Shown here in pieces: positions 22,037 to 33,192 of a stretch of 64,000 nucleotides of DNA. The position numbers were made by a program, and so were the translations under genes. The notes under the pieces are model-generated. The model was given only the letters and a program-made list of their open reading frames with translations, had not been told where the DNA came from and did not search any database. This DNA is from Cytophagaceae bacterium UBA6715 (GTDB lineage Bacteria > Bacteroidota > Bacteroidia > Cytophagales > Spirosomataceae): the NCBI GenBank assembly GCA_002454335.1, contig DKIP01000020.1:22101-86100 (forward strand), written 5' to 3'. Each line of letters opens with the position of its first letter. Within the stretch, counting starts at the first letter, position 1.

Positions 22037-22861
22037 TTATGGGAATTTAGGGAATTTAGAAAAGTCAGGTTTGCGTTTCTCTAAGAAAGCATTTTTACCT
22101 TCTTTCGCTTCGTCGGATAAGTAGTATAAAAGTGTTGCATTTCCTGCTAATTCTTGAATTCCGGCTTGACCATCAAGTTCAGCATTAAATGCGGACTTCA
22201 ACATACGCAATGCCAAAGGACTTTTTTCTAGGATTTTTTCACACCATGCTACTGTGGTTGCTTCTAATTCTTCTAGAGGAACTACTTTATTCACTAATCC
22301 CATTTGAAGTGCGTCTTGTGCGTTATATTGATCACACAAAAACCAAATTTCTCGGGCTTTCTTTTGTCCAACTACACGAGCTAAGTAAGATGCACCGAAC
22401 CCCCCATCAAACGAACCTACATTAGGGCCTGTTTGGCCAAAACGTGCATTTTCCGCCGCAATGGATAAATCGCAAATCACATGTAATACGTGTCCACCTC
22501 CGATAGCCCATCCTGCGACCATAGCAACTACAGGTTTAGGAATAGTTCTAATTTGACGTTGTAAATCCAACACATTCAAACGAGGTACATAATCCTCTCC
22601 TACATATCCACCGTCTCCCCTAACGCTCTGGTCACCACCCGAACAGAATGCTTTTCCCCCCTCACCTGTTAAAATGATTACACCTACCGATGTATCTTGA
22701 CGAGCAAGTTCCATGGCTTCGGACATCTCTTGAACAGTCAGAGGCGTAAACGCATTGTGTTTATGCGGTCTATTGATTGAGATTTTAGCTATCCCTTTGT
22801 ATTGTTGGAATAAAATGTCTTTGTATTCCTTAATGGTTTTCCAAGGCAAATTTGACGTCAT
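22037..22861 (-). CDS. menB: 1,4-dihydroxy-2-naphthoyl-CoA synthase
   Basis: [22 protein letters not shown] and [12 protein letters not shown] motifs. Confidence 0.96.
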   Translation of the reverse strand: MTSNLPWKTIKEYKDILFQQYKGIAKISINRPHKHNAFTPLTVQEMSEAMELARQDTSVGVIILTGEGGKAFCSGGDQSVRGDGGYVGEDYVPRLNVLDLQRQIRTIPKPVVAMVAGWAIGGGHVLHVICDLSIAAENARFGQTGPNVGSFDGGFGASYLARVVGQKKAREIWFLCDQYNAQDALQMGLVNKVVPLEELEATTVAWCEKILEKSPLALRMLKSAFNAELDGQAGIQELAGNATLLYYLSDEAKEGKNAFLEKRKPDFSKFPKFP

Positions 22862-22867
22862 AATGGG

Positions 22868-23317
22868 TTAATTTGATTCTTCGTTGTAGGTAACATCCCA
22901 AGTGTGGTCTGCTAATAAAATTACTTTAGCCAAATAGCGGCTATATTTAAATGATCGGCCCCATTCGTGCGGTGCAACGAGCGAAAGTAGGTCGGTGCCA
23001 TCTTCTTTCTCATACATGTAGTAGGTTTCAGAAATAATAGGCTCAAATCCCATGGCAGCATCGTAAATACGTTCTGAAATCTCTTTTCGGTCGGCTAAAA
23101 GCTTAGCTTGCTTCGCTAGCACCTCCATTTGTTCATAGAGTTGGTTCATTTGGCGATCTGTTTGCTGGCGCATCGCTAAAATACTTCTCCCCTTCGCTTT
23201 ACCCGTATCTTCCGGTTTAATGACAGCTCCCCCTGCCGTATGTGCATAGGGAAGTAAACCCGGATTTTGGGCTACTTTGTCGGGATTGATCGGATTTAAA
23301 AATGGATCTTCTTTCAT
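22868..23317 (-). CDS. DUF2452-like protein
   Basis: LLPYAH..GG, FEP, YYMYE..LSLVAP.EW and ADHTW pattern. Confidence 0.75.
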   Translation of the reverse strand: MKEDPFLNPINPDKVAQNPGLLPYAHTAGGAVIKPEDTGKAKGRSILAMRQQTDRQMNQLYEQMEVLAKQAKLLADRKEISERIYDAAMGFEPIISETYYMYEKEDGTDLLSLVAPHEWGRSFKYSRYLAKVILLADHTWDVTYNEESN

Positions 23318-23375
23318 CTAGGCAAGGTTATTTGATTAACCTTCTTTTAACTCACGAAATTAGAGAATGTTTGGT

Positions 23376-23383
23376 TAATTTTG
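23376..23383 (+). promoter_or_regulatory. TAnnTTTG -7 element for the menE operon
   Basis: TAATTTTG 17 nt before the ATG at 23401. Confidence 0.55.
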
Positions 23384-23400
23384 GAATGATTTGTTGAATT

Positions 23401-24441
23401 ATGCAGGTATTTTCCCCTCTTTCTGATCAATTGTTTGTACCCAACTCGGATTTTGAGCGTGAGGTACTAGCATTTTGTAAATTGTGGAAAAGTGGTCAAA
23501 CCTCATTTTTATTTCATACATCGGGTTCTACGGGCACGCCTAAACCGATTTGGGTTAGTCGGGATGCGATGGAAGCGTCAGCACTTTCAACGGGTGACTG
23601 GTTGCAATTAAAGCCTAATGATGTCGTTTTAGCATGTTTACCTGTACAATATATTGCTGGAGCGATGCTACTGGTAAGAGCATTGGTGCTGGATTTAAAA
23701 GTGTGTTTGATTTCTCCTACTGTTAATCCACTTGAAGGACTTACTCCCATTTCAATTCAATTGGCTTCGTTTGTACCTAATCAGTGGCATGCCATTTTGG
23801 AATCAGGAATTGATTTGTCTGTATTCTTTTCTGGATCCAAAGGAATTTTATTAGGTGGGGCGGCCTTATCCGATGCCTTGAAAACGCGTTCGATGGCCTA
23901 TCCTTTTCCCATTTATGAAACCTATGGAATGACTGAAACAGTTTCACATATCGCATATCGAACGATATCAGATCCTTTTTTTAGAACTTTAGGTAAAGTA
24001 GAAATTGGATTAGATGAACGTAAGTGCTTGAAAATAAAGGGCTTAATGACTGATAATTCATGGGTTCAAACCAATGATATTGCATCCATCGAGGATGAAT
24101 CACGTTTTGAAATAAAAGGGCGATATGATCGTGTTATCAATTCTGCGGGCCGGAAAATTCACCCTGAGGAATTGGAAAAAATAATTAGTTTGAGTGAAAA
24201 CCAACCTGCATCGTTTTTTATTGAAGGGATTCCGGATGCGGTTTACGGCCAGCAGGTAACCTTATTTTATACGGGAGATTGGGTTGAGTCAAGTCAACTA
24301 GCCGTTCAGGCTTTATTGCATTCGCATTTTGAATCGTGGCAATTGCCCAAACAATTTATTCCTTTAGAAAAATTTCAATTTACTTCATCAGGCAAAATAG
24401 ATAGATTGAAATCCGTAGCTTTGTATCTTAACTCCGAATAG
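23401..24441 (+). CDS. menE: O-succinylbenzoate-CoA ligase, short Bacteroidota type
   Basis: TSGSTGTPK, YETYGMTET, TND and SGKIDR adenylation motifs; close to menB. Confidence 0.82.
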   Translation: MQVFSPLSDQLFVPNSDFEREVLAFCKLWKSGQTSFLFHTSGSTGTPKPIWVSRDAMEASALSTGDWLQLKPNDVVLACLPVQYIAGAMLLVRALVLDLKVCLISPTVNPLEGLTPISIQLASFVPNQWHAILESGIDLSVFFSGSKGILLGGAALSDALKTRSMAYPFPIYETYGMTETVSHIAYRTISDPFFRTLGKVEIGLDERKCLKIKGLMTDNSWVQTNDIASIEDESRFEIKGRYDRVINSAGRKIHPEELEKIISLSENQPASFFIEGIPDAVYGQQVTLFYTGDWVESSQLAVQALLHSHFESWQLPKQFIPLEKFQFTSSGKIDRLKSVALYLNSE

Positions 24442-25215
24442 ATGAAACCAACGCGTTTAGAAAAGAAATTTCAATTGTTTTACGAAAGTCCGAATAATGT
24501 TCCTGCTCCTTATCATCTCGAGGCGGCATTTACGTTTGAAGATTTTTTGTCGGACAAACCTCGCGTTGAAGTTTCGATTCAATACATTGATCGAGATGAT
24601 TTTTCACGGGAAGAATTATTAGCAGAAGGCTTAAATGTGGAAGATCATTTTGAGTGGTCGGGCGATTTATCGCTTGCCTGGCGAAACCGTTTAGAAACTG
24701 CATTTTTGTTATTTCAGTCGGGATCTTGCAACCCGCGCGATGAGGAGCCATTCATTACTTTGGAAGCTGCAGATACAACGACAGCGGTACCTATTCGTTT
24801 AGAAATTGAGGATACATTGATGCAAGAGTTCATGCAAGCAATTTTGGAGGTTGCGGGCAATGAAATGCCACTATACTTGGGTTTTCAATTTATGGATGCG
24901 GACGAGGAATGGGTGCGTATCGAAGGCGAAATATCATTTTTTGATTTAAAATTTACCTACCGGACAGATAGCTCAGAAAGTTCCATTCGCTTTACGGATC
25001 AGTGGCAAAACCTGCAGGAATTAATGCAAGTCCTTTTCATAGGGGAGTTTGTTTTTGAAAAAGGAGTCGAAGAATTGAAACCTAAAACGCAATTTGCAGT
25101 TTACCCAGGTGATGGAAAATGGTATGTCGCAGGTGATACTTGGTTTAGACCGTCGGGAAATAAAGGTTATTTTGATTTAATTGAAGATAAATTACGTGAT
25201 TTGTTTACTATTTAA
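24442..25215 (+). CDS. Acidic hypothetical protein
   Basis: 257-aa ORF abutting the menE stop; no recognised motif. Confidence 0.6.
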   Translation: MKPTRLEKKFQLFYESPNNVPAPYHLEAAFTFEDFLSDKPRVEVSIQYIDRDDFSREELLAEGLNVEDHFEWSGDLSLAWRNRLETAFLLFQSGSCNPRDEEPFITLEAADTTTAVPIRLEIEDTLMQEFMQAILEVAGNEMPLYLGFQFMDADEEWVRIEGEISFFDLKFTYRTDSSESSIRFTDQWQNLQELMQVLFIGEFVFEKGVEELKPKTQFAVYPGDGKWYVAGDTWFRPSGNKGYFDLIEDKLRDLFTI

Positions 25216-25226
25216 ACTTTAATCGC

Positions 25227-26642
25227 ATGAATCAATCGCTAGAAGATAAAATCCAGGAGGTTCTCTATTTGCAAAAATCATCGTTACTCCGACTGAAAAA
25301 TTCGAGTGCTGATGAGCGCATTGAGAAATTAAGGAAATTACAGAGATACATGTTGGATCACCAACAAGAACTTTTTGATGCCTTATTTCAAGATTTTCGT
25401 AAGCCGAGTTCAGAGGTAATTATTGCTGAGCTATTGGGTGTAAAGCGAGAAATAAATCACATGATTAAGCATATTAAATCATGGATGAAGCCGCAAAAAG
25501 TATCTACACCGCTACTTTTGTTGGGTACCCAAGGCCACATTCAGTATGAACCCAAAGGTTTATGCTTGATCATTGCACCTTGGAATTATCCGTTTAATTT
25601 GGCTATTAATCCATTAGTTCATGCGATTGCAGCTGGTAACGCGATTATTCTGAAGCCATCTGAAATGAGTGTGTATACATCGGCGTTTATTAAAAAGATG
25701 ATCAATGCCTTATATGATCCTTCCGATGTATTTTGCGTTGAGGGAGATGCCCAAGTGTCCACTTTTTTATTAGCTCAGAAATTTGATCATATCTTTTTCA
25801 CTGGAAGTCCAGCGATAGGTAAAGTTGTCATGGCAGCTGCTGCCAAACATTTAACCTCTGTAACTCTAGAATTGGGTGGTAAGTCGCCTGCAATTGTTGG
25901 TCCCACTGCCGATATTGCATCTAGTGTTCCTAAAATTGCTTGGGGTAAATTTTTGAATAATGGCCAAACATGCATAGCACCTGATTATGTATTTGTTCAT
26001 GAGAAGGTGCATTTTCAGTTTTTAGCTGGTCTAGAAAATTCGATTCAAGCATTTTATAACACTGAATCGAAAGGTATTGAAAAAAGTAAAGATTATGCCC
26101 GTATTGTAAATAGGAAGCATTTCGATCGGATTGTTTGCTTAGTAGAAGATGCAAAAGCTAAAGGTGCTAAGGTTATTTTTGGTGGTGAACTAAATCCAGA
26201 AACGAATTACATCAGTCCTACGGTGTTGAGTAATTGCACAACGGATATGGCCATTATGCAAGAAGAAATTTTTGGTCCGATATTACCTGTTTTAACATAT
26301 CGATCCGAGGAAGAAATTGTCGATTATTTAAGTCAAGAAGAAAAACCCTTAGCGCTTTACATTTTTTCTGAGGACAAGGTTTTTACGGATTATATTTTAC
26401 ATCATACATCGGCTGGGTCAAGCGTCGTTAATGATTGTTTAATTCAATTTGGTCATTCTTCTTTGCCATTTGGCGGTGTTAATAATTCAGGCATCGGAAG
26501 ATCAGGTGGTAAATTTGGTTTTGAAGAGTTTTCGCATGCTAAAGCGGTCATTGTACAAAAGACAAATGCTTTACGATTCTTTTATCCTCCTTACACGTTA
26601 CGGACTAAATGGTTAATCGAGCAAGTGTTAAAGTGGTTTTAA
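25227..26642 (+). CDS. NAD(P)-dependent aldehyde dehydrogenase (family 3/fatty-aldehyde type)
   Basis: PWNYP, FTGS, LELGGKSP, GQTCIAPDY, EEIFGP and PFGGVNNSG motifs. Confidence 0.92.
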   Translation: MNQSLEDKIQEVLYLQKSSLLRLKNSSADERIEKLRKLQRYMLDHQQELFDALFQDFRKPSSEVIIAELLGVKREINHMIKHIKSWMKPQKVSTPLLLLGTQGHIQYEPKGLCLIIAPWNYPFNLAINPLVHAIAAGNAIILKPSEMSVYTSAFIKKMINALYDPSDVFCVEGDAQVSTFLLAQKFDHIFFTGSPAIGKVVMAAAAKHLTSVTLELGGKSPAIVGPTADIASSVPKIAWGKFLNNGQTCIAPDYVFVHEKVHFQFLAGLENSIQAFYNTESKGIEKSKDYARIVNRKHFDRIVCLVEDAKAKGAKVIFGGELNPETNYISPTVLSNCTTDMAIMQEEIFGPILPVLTYRSEEEIVDYLSQEEKPLALYIFSEDKVFTDYILHHTSAGSSVVNDCLIQFGHSSLPFGGVNNSGIGRSGGKFGFEEFSHAKAVIVQKTNALRFFYPPYTLRTKWLIEQVLKWF

Positions 26643-29386
26643 GAAAACACCTTTGTCTATTATTTGTTTGCTTTTCTTTTGTTAGCCTGGGGCAGGCTAG
26701 TTTATTAGACCAAAATCCGTTTTCGCTGAAATTCAACAAGATTTCTCTGAAAGAAGCTCATTTGGATCTTTATTTTCCAGCAGGTTTTGATTCTGTGGCT
26801 CAAGCGACAGCAAGTAATCTTGATGCTACGTGGAAGGAAATAGGTTCTAATTACCCTAAAATCTCACATCGTTTTCCCATTGTCCTTCAAAATCAAGGTC
26901 TCGTTTCGAATGGTTTTGTTAGCCTGATTTCACCACGTGCTGAATTTTTCACTACACCCTCGCAAGATGCATCCTTACTAGGAAATAACGATTGGTTGAC
27001 TTTGTTGGCAAGCCACGAAATGCGCCATGTTTATCAAAATAATGCGGCAAGGCAGGGATTGGCGCGATGGGTTCATCGTTTATTGGGTGCTTATGGACAA
27101 AGTGTTTACAGTAATCTGATGATTCCCAATTGGCTTTGGGAGGGTGATGCAGTAGAAACTGAGTCACGCGTGAATGCCTTTGGTAGGTCCTATATACCTC
27201 AGTTTAAATTGCCATTAAAAGCTTATTTGAACACATATGGGCTTCCTTCCTATGCAAAAATGATGGGAAAGTCTTATCGTGAGTTGGTACCTAATCATTA
27301 TGTTTTTGGACAGTATTTAAGTCAGTGCATGTATCAGGATTTTGGAGAATCTTTTATTCCAAATCTATGGCAGGCTACGTTGAATCACCCGACACTATTT
27401 GGTTTTTCGAAGCAATTTAAAAAACAGGCAGGAAAGTCCATTGATCAATATGCTAAGGATGTTTTTACGAAATTAATTGATGAAAACCCGGTATTAGATT
27501 CTAGCAAGCAAGGATTTACCCAATATTTATATCCGACTAAATTGACTGATGGCCGAATTGTGGCATTGAAAACAGGATTTTCAGATATCCGTCAGCTCGT
27601 TGAAATACACAGGGGGAAGGAACGTCGACTAAGTTATTTGGGTCCTATGATTGAAGCATCGATGTTAAGTGCTTCGGACGACTTTGTACTTTGGTCTGAA
27701 CTTGTTTTTCATCCTCGTTGGGGCCAGAAACAGCAATCTCGTTTAGTTTTCTATGCACTTAAATCGGGGAATAAGACGTATATGGGTGGTTATGAAAAGT
27801 GGATTAGCCCAAGTATTTCGTCTGATTCAAAATATGTTTCATTCATTCATTTAAAAGAAAATGGACAAACAATATTGAAAGTATATGAGCGAGCTAAATG
27901 GAAAATTATTTCAAGTCTGCAAGCCAAAAGTGGTGAACAATTTCTTCAACCTCGCTTAAATACAGATGGTACACTAGTTTATATAACGAAATATAGGGGG
28001 AATAAATCAGTACATATTTGGGATTTTATTAATCAAAAACAGCTATACCAAAAAGACTTTGGCCAACATAATATTGCTCATCCTTATCAAGATGGAGATT
28101 GGGTTTATGTTAACTTTCCGACAGCTGAAGTGGATCAAATTGCGCGAATAAATATACGTGATCAGCGTTTTGATTTAATGTCGAATGAGCGCTTTGGAGC
28201 TTATTTTGCTACGGTAAAATCTGACTCTTTGATATATTCAGCCTATACAGCATCAGGGCACCAACTAATTCAGAAAGCATTAATTCCTCAAAGTATAGCA
28301 TTAACGATAAATCCGAAAGCTAATAGAGAGGAAACAGTACAATTGCTTGCACCTATAACAAGAGTTTCGAAATGGGATATTATTAATCCTTTTACCTGGG
28401 GTCCAGTCTTGAGTTCTTCGGGAAACCAACTAGAATATTCCGTTATTTCGCGAGATATTTTTAATTCCTTGCAGGCCTCGGTAGGAATTCGGTATGGAAT
28501 GAATGAGCGAGTATTGAATCAATTCGCTAGGCTCTCCTATCAAGCTTGGTACCCGATTATAGATGTTAATTATCAAATGGGAGAAAGGCAAACCCAATTA
28601 TACATTGATAATAAAAGGCCATTGGATAGTTTAAGGACTGATCAATGGAAACAACAAACTTGGGATATTGGCGTTCGGATTCCTTTTAATCTTACGCACA
28701 GTGCTTATCAAGAGTATTTACAAGTTGGCTCCAATATTGGTTTTTTACAGGTTCGAGGTTATGATTTACCTAAGCGGTATTATTCGGAACCTTTTAACGG
28801 GAATTACAGCTTTGTTAAACATCAAGTTTACTATAGCAAATTATTGACAAAGAGCTTGTGGGATGTACAAGCGAGAAAAGGATTTGTTTTTCAAGCAAAT
28901 TGGAATGGAACCCCATTCAGGCAAGCTCTTCAAAATGAAATGTGGAATGTACAGGCTCAATTGTATATTCCTGGATTCTTTAAACATGATGGGATTGTGA
29001 TGCGTTATGCATACCAACAGGAATCTGAAGGTAATTACCGTTTTCCAAGTTCAATCAATTTTCCGCGGGGTTACCTGTATAGATCATATAATCAATTGAA
29101 AACCATGAGTTTAGACTATCGTTTTCCTATAGGGAATACAGATTGGAATCTGGGGCGATTGCTTTATATTAACCGTTTGAAAGGGAATGTTTTTGGTGAT
29201 TGGTGCATAGGAAAAGATAATTTAGAACGAACAACGCAAACCTTTCAATCATTCGGTGTAGATTTGTCTGCCCAATTTCATTTGTTAAGATTTTCGCAGG
29301 GTTTTGAATTAGGAGTTCGTGCGATGTATTTATCTGAAAGTAAATCTTGGGCTTTTGTTCCATTAGTAATTGATATTGGGTTTTGA
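26609..29386 (+). CDS. Outer-membrane protein: zincin-like peptidase domain, TolB-like propeller and C-terminal beta-barrel (Omp85-like)
   Basis: Signal peptide, SHEMRH (HExxH) plus WLWEGDA, propeller-like repeats, amphipathic strands, PRGY motif and terminal Phe. True start may be a few codons downstream. Confidence 0.6.
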   Translation: MVNRASVKVVLRKHLCLLFVCFSFVSLGQASLLDQNPFSLKFNKISLKEAHLDLYFPAGFDSVAQATASNLDATWKEIGSNYPKISHRFPIVLQNQGLVSNGFVSLISPRAEFFTTPSQDASLLGNNDWLTLLASHEMRHVYQNNAARQGLARWVHRLLGAYGQSVYSNLMIPNWLWEGDAVETESRVNAFGRSYIPQFKLPLKAYLNTYGLPSYAKMMGKSYRELVPNHYVFGQYLSQCMYQDFGESFIPNLWQATLNHPTLFGFSKQFKKQAGKSIDQYAKDVFTKLIDENPVLDSSKQGFTQYLYPTKLTDGRIVALKTGFSDIRQLVEIHRGKERRLSYLGPMIEASMLSASDDFVLWSELVFHPRWGQKQQSRLVFYALKSGNKTYMGGYEKWISPSISSDSKYVSFIHLKENGQTILKVYERAKWKIISSLQAKSGEQFLQPRLNTDGTLVYITKYRGNKSVHIWDFINQKQLYQKDFGQHNIAHPYQDGDWVYVNFPTAEVDQIARINIRDQRFDLMSNERFGAYFATVKSDSLIYSAYTASGHQLIQKALIPQSIALTINPKANREETVQLLAPITRVSKWDIINPFTWGPVLSSSGNQLEYSVISRDIFNSLQASVGIRYGMNERVLNQFARLSYQAWYPIIDVNYQMGERQTQLYIDNKRPLDSLRTDQWKQQTWDIGVRIPFNLTHSAYQEYLQVGSNIGFLQVRGYDLPKRYYSEPFNGNYSFVKHQVYYSKLLTKSLWDVQARKGFVFQANWNGTPFRQALQNEMWNVQAQLYIPGFFKHDGIVMRYAYQQESEGNYRFPSSINFPRGYLYRSYNQLKTMSLDYRFPIGNTDWNLGRLLYINRLKGNVFGDWCIGKDNLERTTQTFQSFGVDLSAQFHLLRFSQGFELGVRAMYLSESKSWAFVPLVIDIGF

Positions 29387-30453
29387 TTAATAGGTTTCTA
29401 TTCTTAGTATGGGTATCTGTTGTTTTGTTTTCGTGTGAAAAAGCGCAGGATACAAAGGGGGAAACCATTCCGCCTCAAGGCATTTTTCAAAAATCCCAGA
29501 ATCCCGAATTATTTATAGCGTATTTAAGTAATCTGATTGAAAGTCAAGATGGGGCAAATCTATATTATTTGCGATCAAAGGCTTATTTTGAACTTCGATC
29601 ATATCAAAAGGCTCAAGTCGACATTGAGAAAGCCTTGAATCAAGTTCCAGGTGATGTCGATTATTTACTTTTATCTGCTCAAATTAAAAAGCAATTAGGC
29701 TTATATACTGAAGGTTTAGAAGACGCTAAGTTAGTAGAGTCTAGTGGAATAACTTCGGCCAAATTATACCTAACCTTAGCCGAGTTATTTTTTGCTACCC
29801 ATGAAAAAAAAGTTGGCTTAATGTACATCCGTAAATTGGAAAAAGCAGGAGTTCCGAAATCTGAGTTTGCATATGTCCAGTTTTTAAAACATCAATTCCG
29901 TTCAGATAGTTTAGGGGCATATCAAAGAATTACGCCTGAAAATTTACAACATCCGGATTTATCACATGCTTATTTTTTACACCAAATTGGTCGGAGTTCT
30001 AATTTAATTTACCAAAAACAAATTTTAGGTGAATTGAAAAAATTCCCCTTTGATCCCTATTTAATGTTTTCATGGGGACAGTTTTTGGTACAAATGGGGC
30101 ATTTAACTCAAGCAGAAAAAGTGTTTTCACAAAGCTTAATTTGGATGCCTCAACATGTTAACATGCGTTTAAAGGTAGTTCGTTACTACATAGACCAAAA
30201 GCGTTTTGATTTAGCTGAACATACACTGGCTCCTATACTTTCTAATACCCTTTTTGCAAGAGATATTTTGTATTTGAAGGTACTACTTGCAATTAACCGA
30301 GGAGAAAAAACGAAAAGTAACTTAATGTTAGATTCCATTCGAAAGGTATATGCTGGCGATGTTCGGTTTGCGCAATTGCAGGAACGTTTAATAGGGAAAA
30401 AAAATGATTCCTTGAAATTGAAACAAGATTCTCTACAGCAAATAGCGCCATAA
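29383..30453 (+). CDS. TPR-repeat lipoprotein
   Basis: Lipobox VLFSC; TPR pattern 'YYLRSKAYFELRSYQKAQVDIEKAL'. Confidence 0.75.
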   Translation: MINRFLFLVWVSVVLFSCEKAQDTKGETIPPQGIFQKSQNPELFIAYLSNLIESQDGANLYYLRSKAYFELRSYQKAQVDIEKALNQVPGDVDYLLLSAQIKKQLGLYTEGLEDAKLVESSGITSAKLYLTLAELFFATHEKKVGLMYIRKLEKAGVPKSEFAYVQFLKHQFRSDSLGAYQRITPENLQHPDLSHAYFLHQIGRSSNLIYQKQILGELKKFPFDPYLMFSWGQFLVQMGHLTQAEKVFSQSLIWMPQHVNMRLKVVRYYIDQKRFDLAEHTLAPILSNTLFARDILYLKVLLAINRGEKTKSNLMLDSIRKVYAGDVRFAQLQERLIGKKNDSLKLKQDSLQQIAP

Positions 30454-30492
30454 TTTTCCTTCATATTCAGATTTAAAATGAAGGTAAATTCG

Positions 30493-30500
30493 TACCTTTG
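30493..30500 (+). promoter_or_regulatory. TAnnTTTG -7 element for thrS
   Basis: TACCTTTG overlaps the ORF-track TTG start, which supports the ATG at 30516 as the real start. Confidence 0.65.
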
Positions 30501-30515
30501 CAAAAATTTTTTTAT

Positions 30516-32456
30516 ATGATTAAAATATCTTTTCCTGACGGTCAAGTTCGTGAATTTGAAAAAGGAGTCACACCGATGGATGTTGCTTTGTCAATTTCAG
30601 AAGGCTTAGCGCGAAATGTGTTGGCAGCTAAATTGAATGATGTAGTTGTAGATGCGTCTACTTCGATCGATTCAGATGCGAGTTTGCAGTTATTGACATG
30701 GAACGATGAGGATGGGAAAAAGACATTTTGGCATTCCTCTGCGCACTTAATGGCTGAGGCGATTGAAGCATTGTATCCAGGTACGAAATTTGGTATTGGT
30801 CCAGCAATTGAAAATGGTTTTTATTATGATATAGACTTGGGTGATCAAGAATTTGGTTCGGATCAATTCAAAGAAATCGAAGATAAAATGGTGGAATTGG
30901 CTCGTCAAAAGAGCGAATATCTACGCAAGTCTGTTTCCAAAGCTGATGCAATTGCTTATTTCAAGGAAAAGAACGACGAATATAAATTAGAGTTGTTGGA
31001 AGGATTATCCGATGGCTCCATCACATTTTATACACAAGGAAATTTCACCGATTTATGTCGGGGACCTCATATTCCTTCCACCGGATTTATTAAGTCGGTG
31101 AAGTTGTTAAGCGTAGCGGGTGCCTATTGGCGTGGGGATGAGAAGCGTAAGCAAATGACACGTATTTATGCCATTACTTTCCCGAAAGCGAAGGAATTGG
31201 AGGAATATTTATTCTTGTTGGAAGAAGCGAAACGTCGCGATCACCGAAAATTAGGAAAGGAATTAGAGCTGTTTGCATTCTCAGAAAAAGTGGGCATGGG
31301 ACTTCCATTGTGGTTGCCTAAAGGAACAATTTTACGTGAGCGATTGGAGAATTTCTTAAAGCGTGCACAAGTTCGCGCGGGCTACTCTCCTGTGGTAACG
31401 CCACATATAGCTAGTAAAGAATTATATGTGACTTCGGGTCATTATGCGAAATATGGTAAGGATTCCTTTCAGCCGATTCATACGCCGGATGAAGGAGAAG
31501 AGTATTTATTGAAACCGATGAACTGCCCACATCACTGTGAGATTTATAAGACAAAACCACGTTCTTACAAGGATTTGCCTTTACGATTGGCGGAATTTGG
31601 GACGGTATATCGCTATGAGCAATCGGGTGAATTGCATGGGTTAACACGTGTTCGTGGATTTACACAAGATGATGCCCATATATTCTGTCGGCCGGATCAA
31701 GTGGAAGAAGAATTTATGAAAGTGATTGATTTGGTTCTATATGTCTTTAAGGCATTGGGATTTAATGAATATTCTGCTCAAGTATCGTTGCGTGATCGTG
31801 AGAATAGAGAGAAATACATTGGAAACGATGAAGATTGGGATCGGGCGGAACAGGCTATTATTAAAACTGCAGAATTGAAAGGTTTGCCTACGGTTGTTGA
31901 ATATGGTGAGGCAGCATTTTATGGTCCTAAATTAGATTTTATGGTGCGTGATGCACTGGGACGTAAATGGCAATTAGGAACGATTCAGGTAGATTATCAA
32001 TTACCCCAACGATTCGAATTGGAATATACGGGTTCAGATAATCAAAAACATCGTCCGGTGATGATTCACCGTGCGCCATTTGGTTCATTGGAGCGTTTTG
32101 TTGCAATTTTGATTGAGAATACAGCGGGTAATTTCCCATTATGGCTTTCACCTGATCAATTAGCCGTTTTACCTATTTCAGAGAAATTTGAAGATTATGC
32201 AAACGAAATTTATTTGCGCTTGCAGGAGCGTGATTTACGTGGATATGTAGATCATCGGAATGAGAAAATGGGGCGTAAGATTCGGGATGCGGAAGTGGGT
32301 AAAGTGCCATTTATGATCATTGTAGGTGAAAAAGAACAAGCGGAAGGCATGGTGAGTATTCGTAAGAAAGGTGAAGGAGACTTAGGGATGATGAGCTTAG
32401 AGGCCTTTATGGCATTGGCAGGTGAAGAAATAAACCAACATTCTTTTTCGAATTAG
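30516..32456 (+). CDS. thrS: Threonine--tRNA ligase
   Basis: TGS domain, [27 protein letters not shown] and [11 protein letters not shown] motifs. Confidence 0.97.
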   Translation: MIKISFPDGQVREFEKGVTPMDVALSISEGLARNVLAAKLNDVVVDASTSIDSDASLQLLTWNDEDGKKTFWHSSAHLMAEAIEALYPGTKFGIGPAIENGFYYDIDLGDQEFGSDQFKEIEDKMVELARQKSEYLRKSVSKADAIAYFKEKNDEYKLELLEGLSDGSITFYTQGNFTDLCRGPHIPSTGFIKSVKLLSVAGAYWRGDEKRKQMTRIYAITFPKAKELEEYLFLLEEAKRRDHRKLGKELELFAFSEKVGMGLPLWLPKGTILRERLENFLKRAQVRAGYSPVVTPHIASKELYVTSGHYAKYGKDSFQPIHTPDEGEEYLLKPMNCPHHCEIYKTKPRSYKDLPLRLAEFGTVYRYEQSGELHGLTRVRGFTQDDAHIFCRPDQVEEEFMKVIDLVLYVFKALGFNEYSAQVSLRDRENREKYIGNDEDWDRAEQAIIKTAELKGLPTVVEYGEAAFYGPKLDFMVRDALGRKWQLGTIQVDYQLPQRFELEYTGSDNQKHRPVMIHRAPFGSLERFVAILIENTAGNFPLWLSPDQLAVLPISEKFEDYANEIYLRLQERDLRGYVDHRNEKMGRKIRDAEVGKVPFMIIVGEKEQAEGMVSIRKKGEGDLGMMSLEAFMALAGEEINQHSFSN

Positions 32457-32555
32457 AAAATATTGATAATTTAAGCGCTTAGGCATTATTTGTTTGCAAT
32501 TACGCGCTTTTTAAATTAGCTTCGATTGATTTTTATTTAAACCAAATTATAATTT

Positions 32556-33116
32556 ATGGCTTTACGCCCCAACAACAATTACCGAGGAAATAAACGCGAA
32601 GAGGAACCGTATCGAATTAATCAATTGATTCGTGGTGTCGAAGAAGTTCGATTAGTAGGAGAAAACATTGAAATTGGTGTATATCCTTTCGCGAAAGCTT
32701 TGGCAATTGCGGAGTCTCAAAACTTGGATTTGGTGGAAATTTCCCCCAAAGCTGTCCCTCCTGTTTGTAAGGTAATTGATTATGCGAAGTTTAAGTATGA
32801 TCAAAAGAAAAAGCAAAAGGAAATCAAAGCCAATGCGACCAAGACAGTCATTAAGGAAATCCGTTTCGGCCCTAATACGGATGAGCATGATTTCAACTTC
32901 AAATTAAAACATGCTGTCAACTTCCTGAAAGAAGGTGCAAAAGTAAAAGCTTATGTACACTTTGTAGGTCGTACCATTGTATTCAAAGAGCGTGGCGAAA
33001 TGCTATTGCTCAACTTTGCCAAGGGATTAGAAGATGTAGGTAAGCCAGACGATATGCCAAAATTAGAAGGCAAGCGTATGAGCATTATTTTCTCCCCGAA
33101 AGTGGCTAAGAAATAA
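32556..33116 (+). CDS. infC: Translation initiation factor IF-3
   Basis: [17 protein letters not shown] and KEIRF motifs; thrS-infC-rpmI-rplT synteny. Confidence 0.96.
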   Translation: MALRPNNNYRGNKREEEPYRINQLIRGVEEVRLVGENIEIGVYPFAKALAIAESQNLDLVEISPKAVPPVCKVIDYAKFKYDQKKKQKEIKANATKTVIKEIRFGPNTDEHDFNFKLKHAVNFLKEGAKVKAYVHFVGRTIVFKERGEMLLLNFAKGLEDVGKPDDMPKLEGKRMSIIFSPKVAKK

Positions 33117-33152
33117 TTTTACATTTTAAGTGGAATTTTGAGGTAATATTGT

Positions 33153-33160
33153 TACTTTTG
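33153..33160 (+). promoter_or_regulatory. TAnnTTTG -7 element for rpmI-rplT
   Basis: TACTTTTG in the infC-rpmI spacer. Confidence 0.6.
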
Positions 33161-33192
33161 CGTTCCAATTTTTACATTTAATAATTTTAAGA

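Noticed and set aside
30454-30515. T-box or thrS translational operator
   Set aside because: The promoter motif lies only 15 nt upstream of the start codon, leaving no room for a leader.
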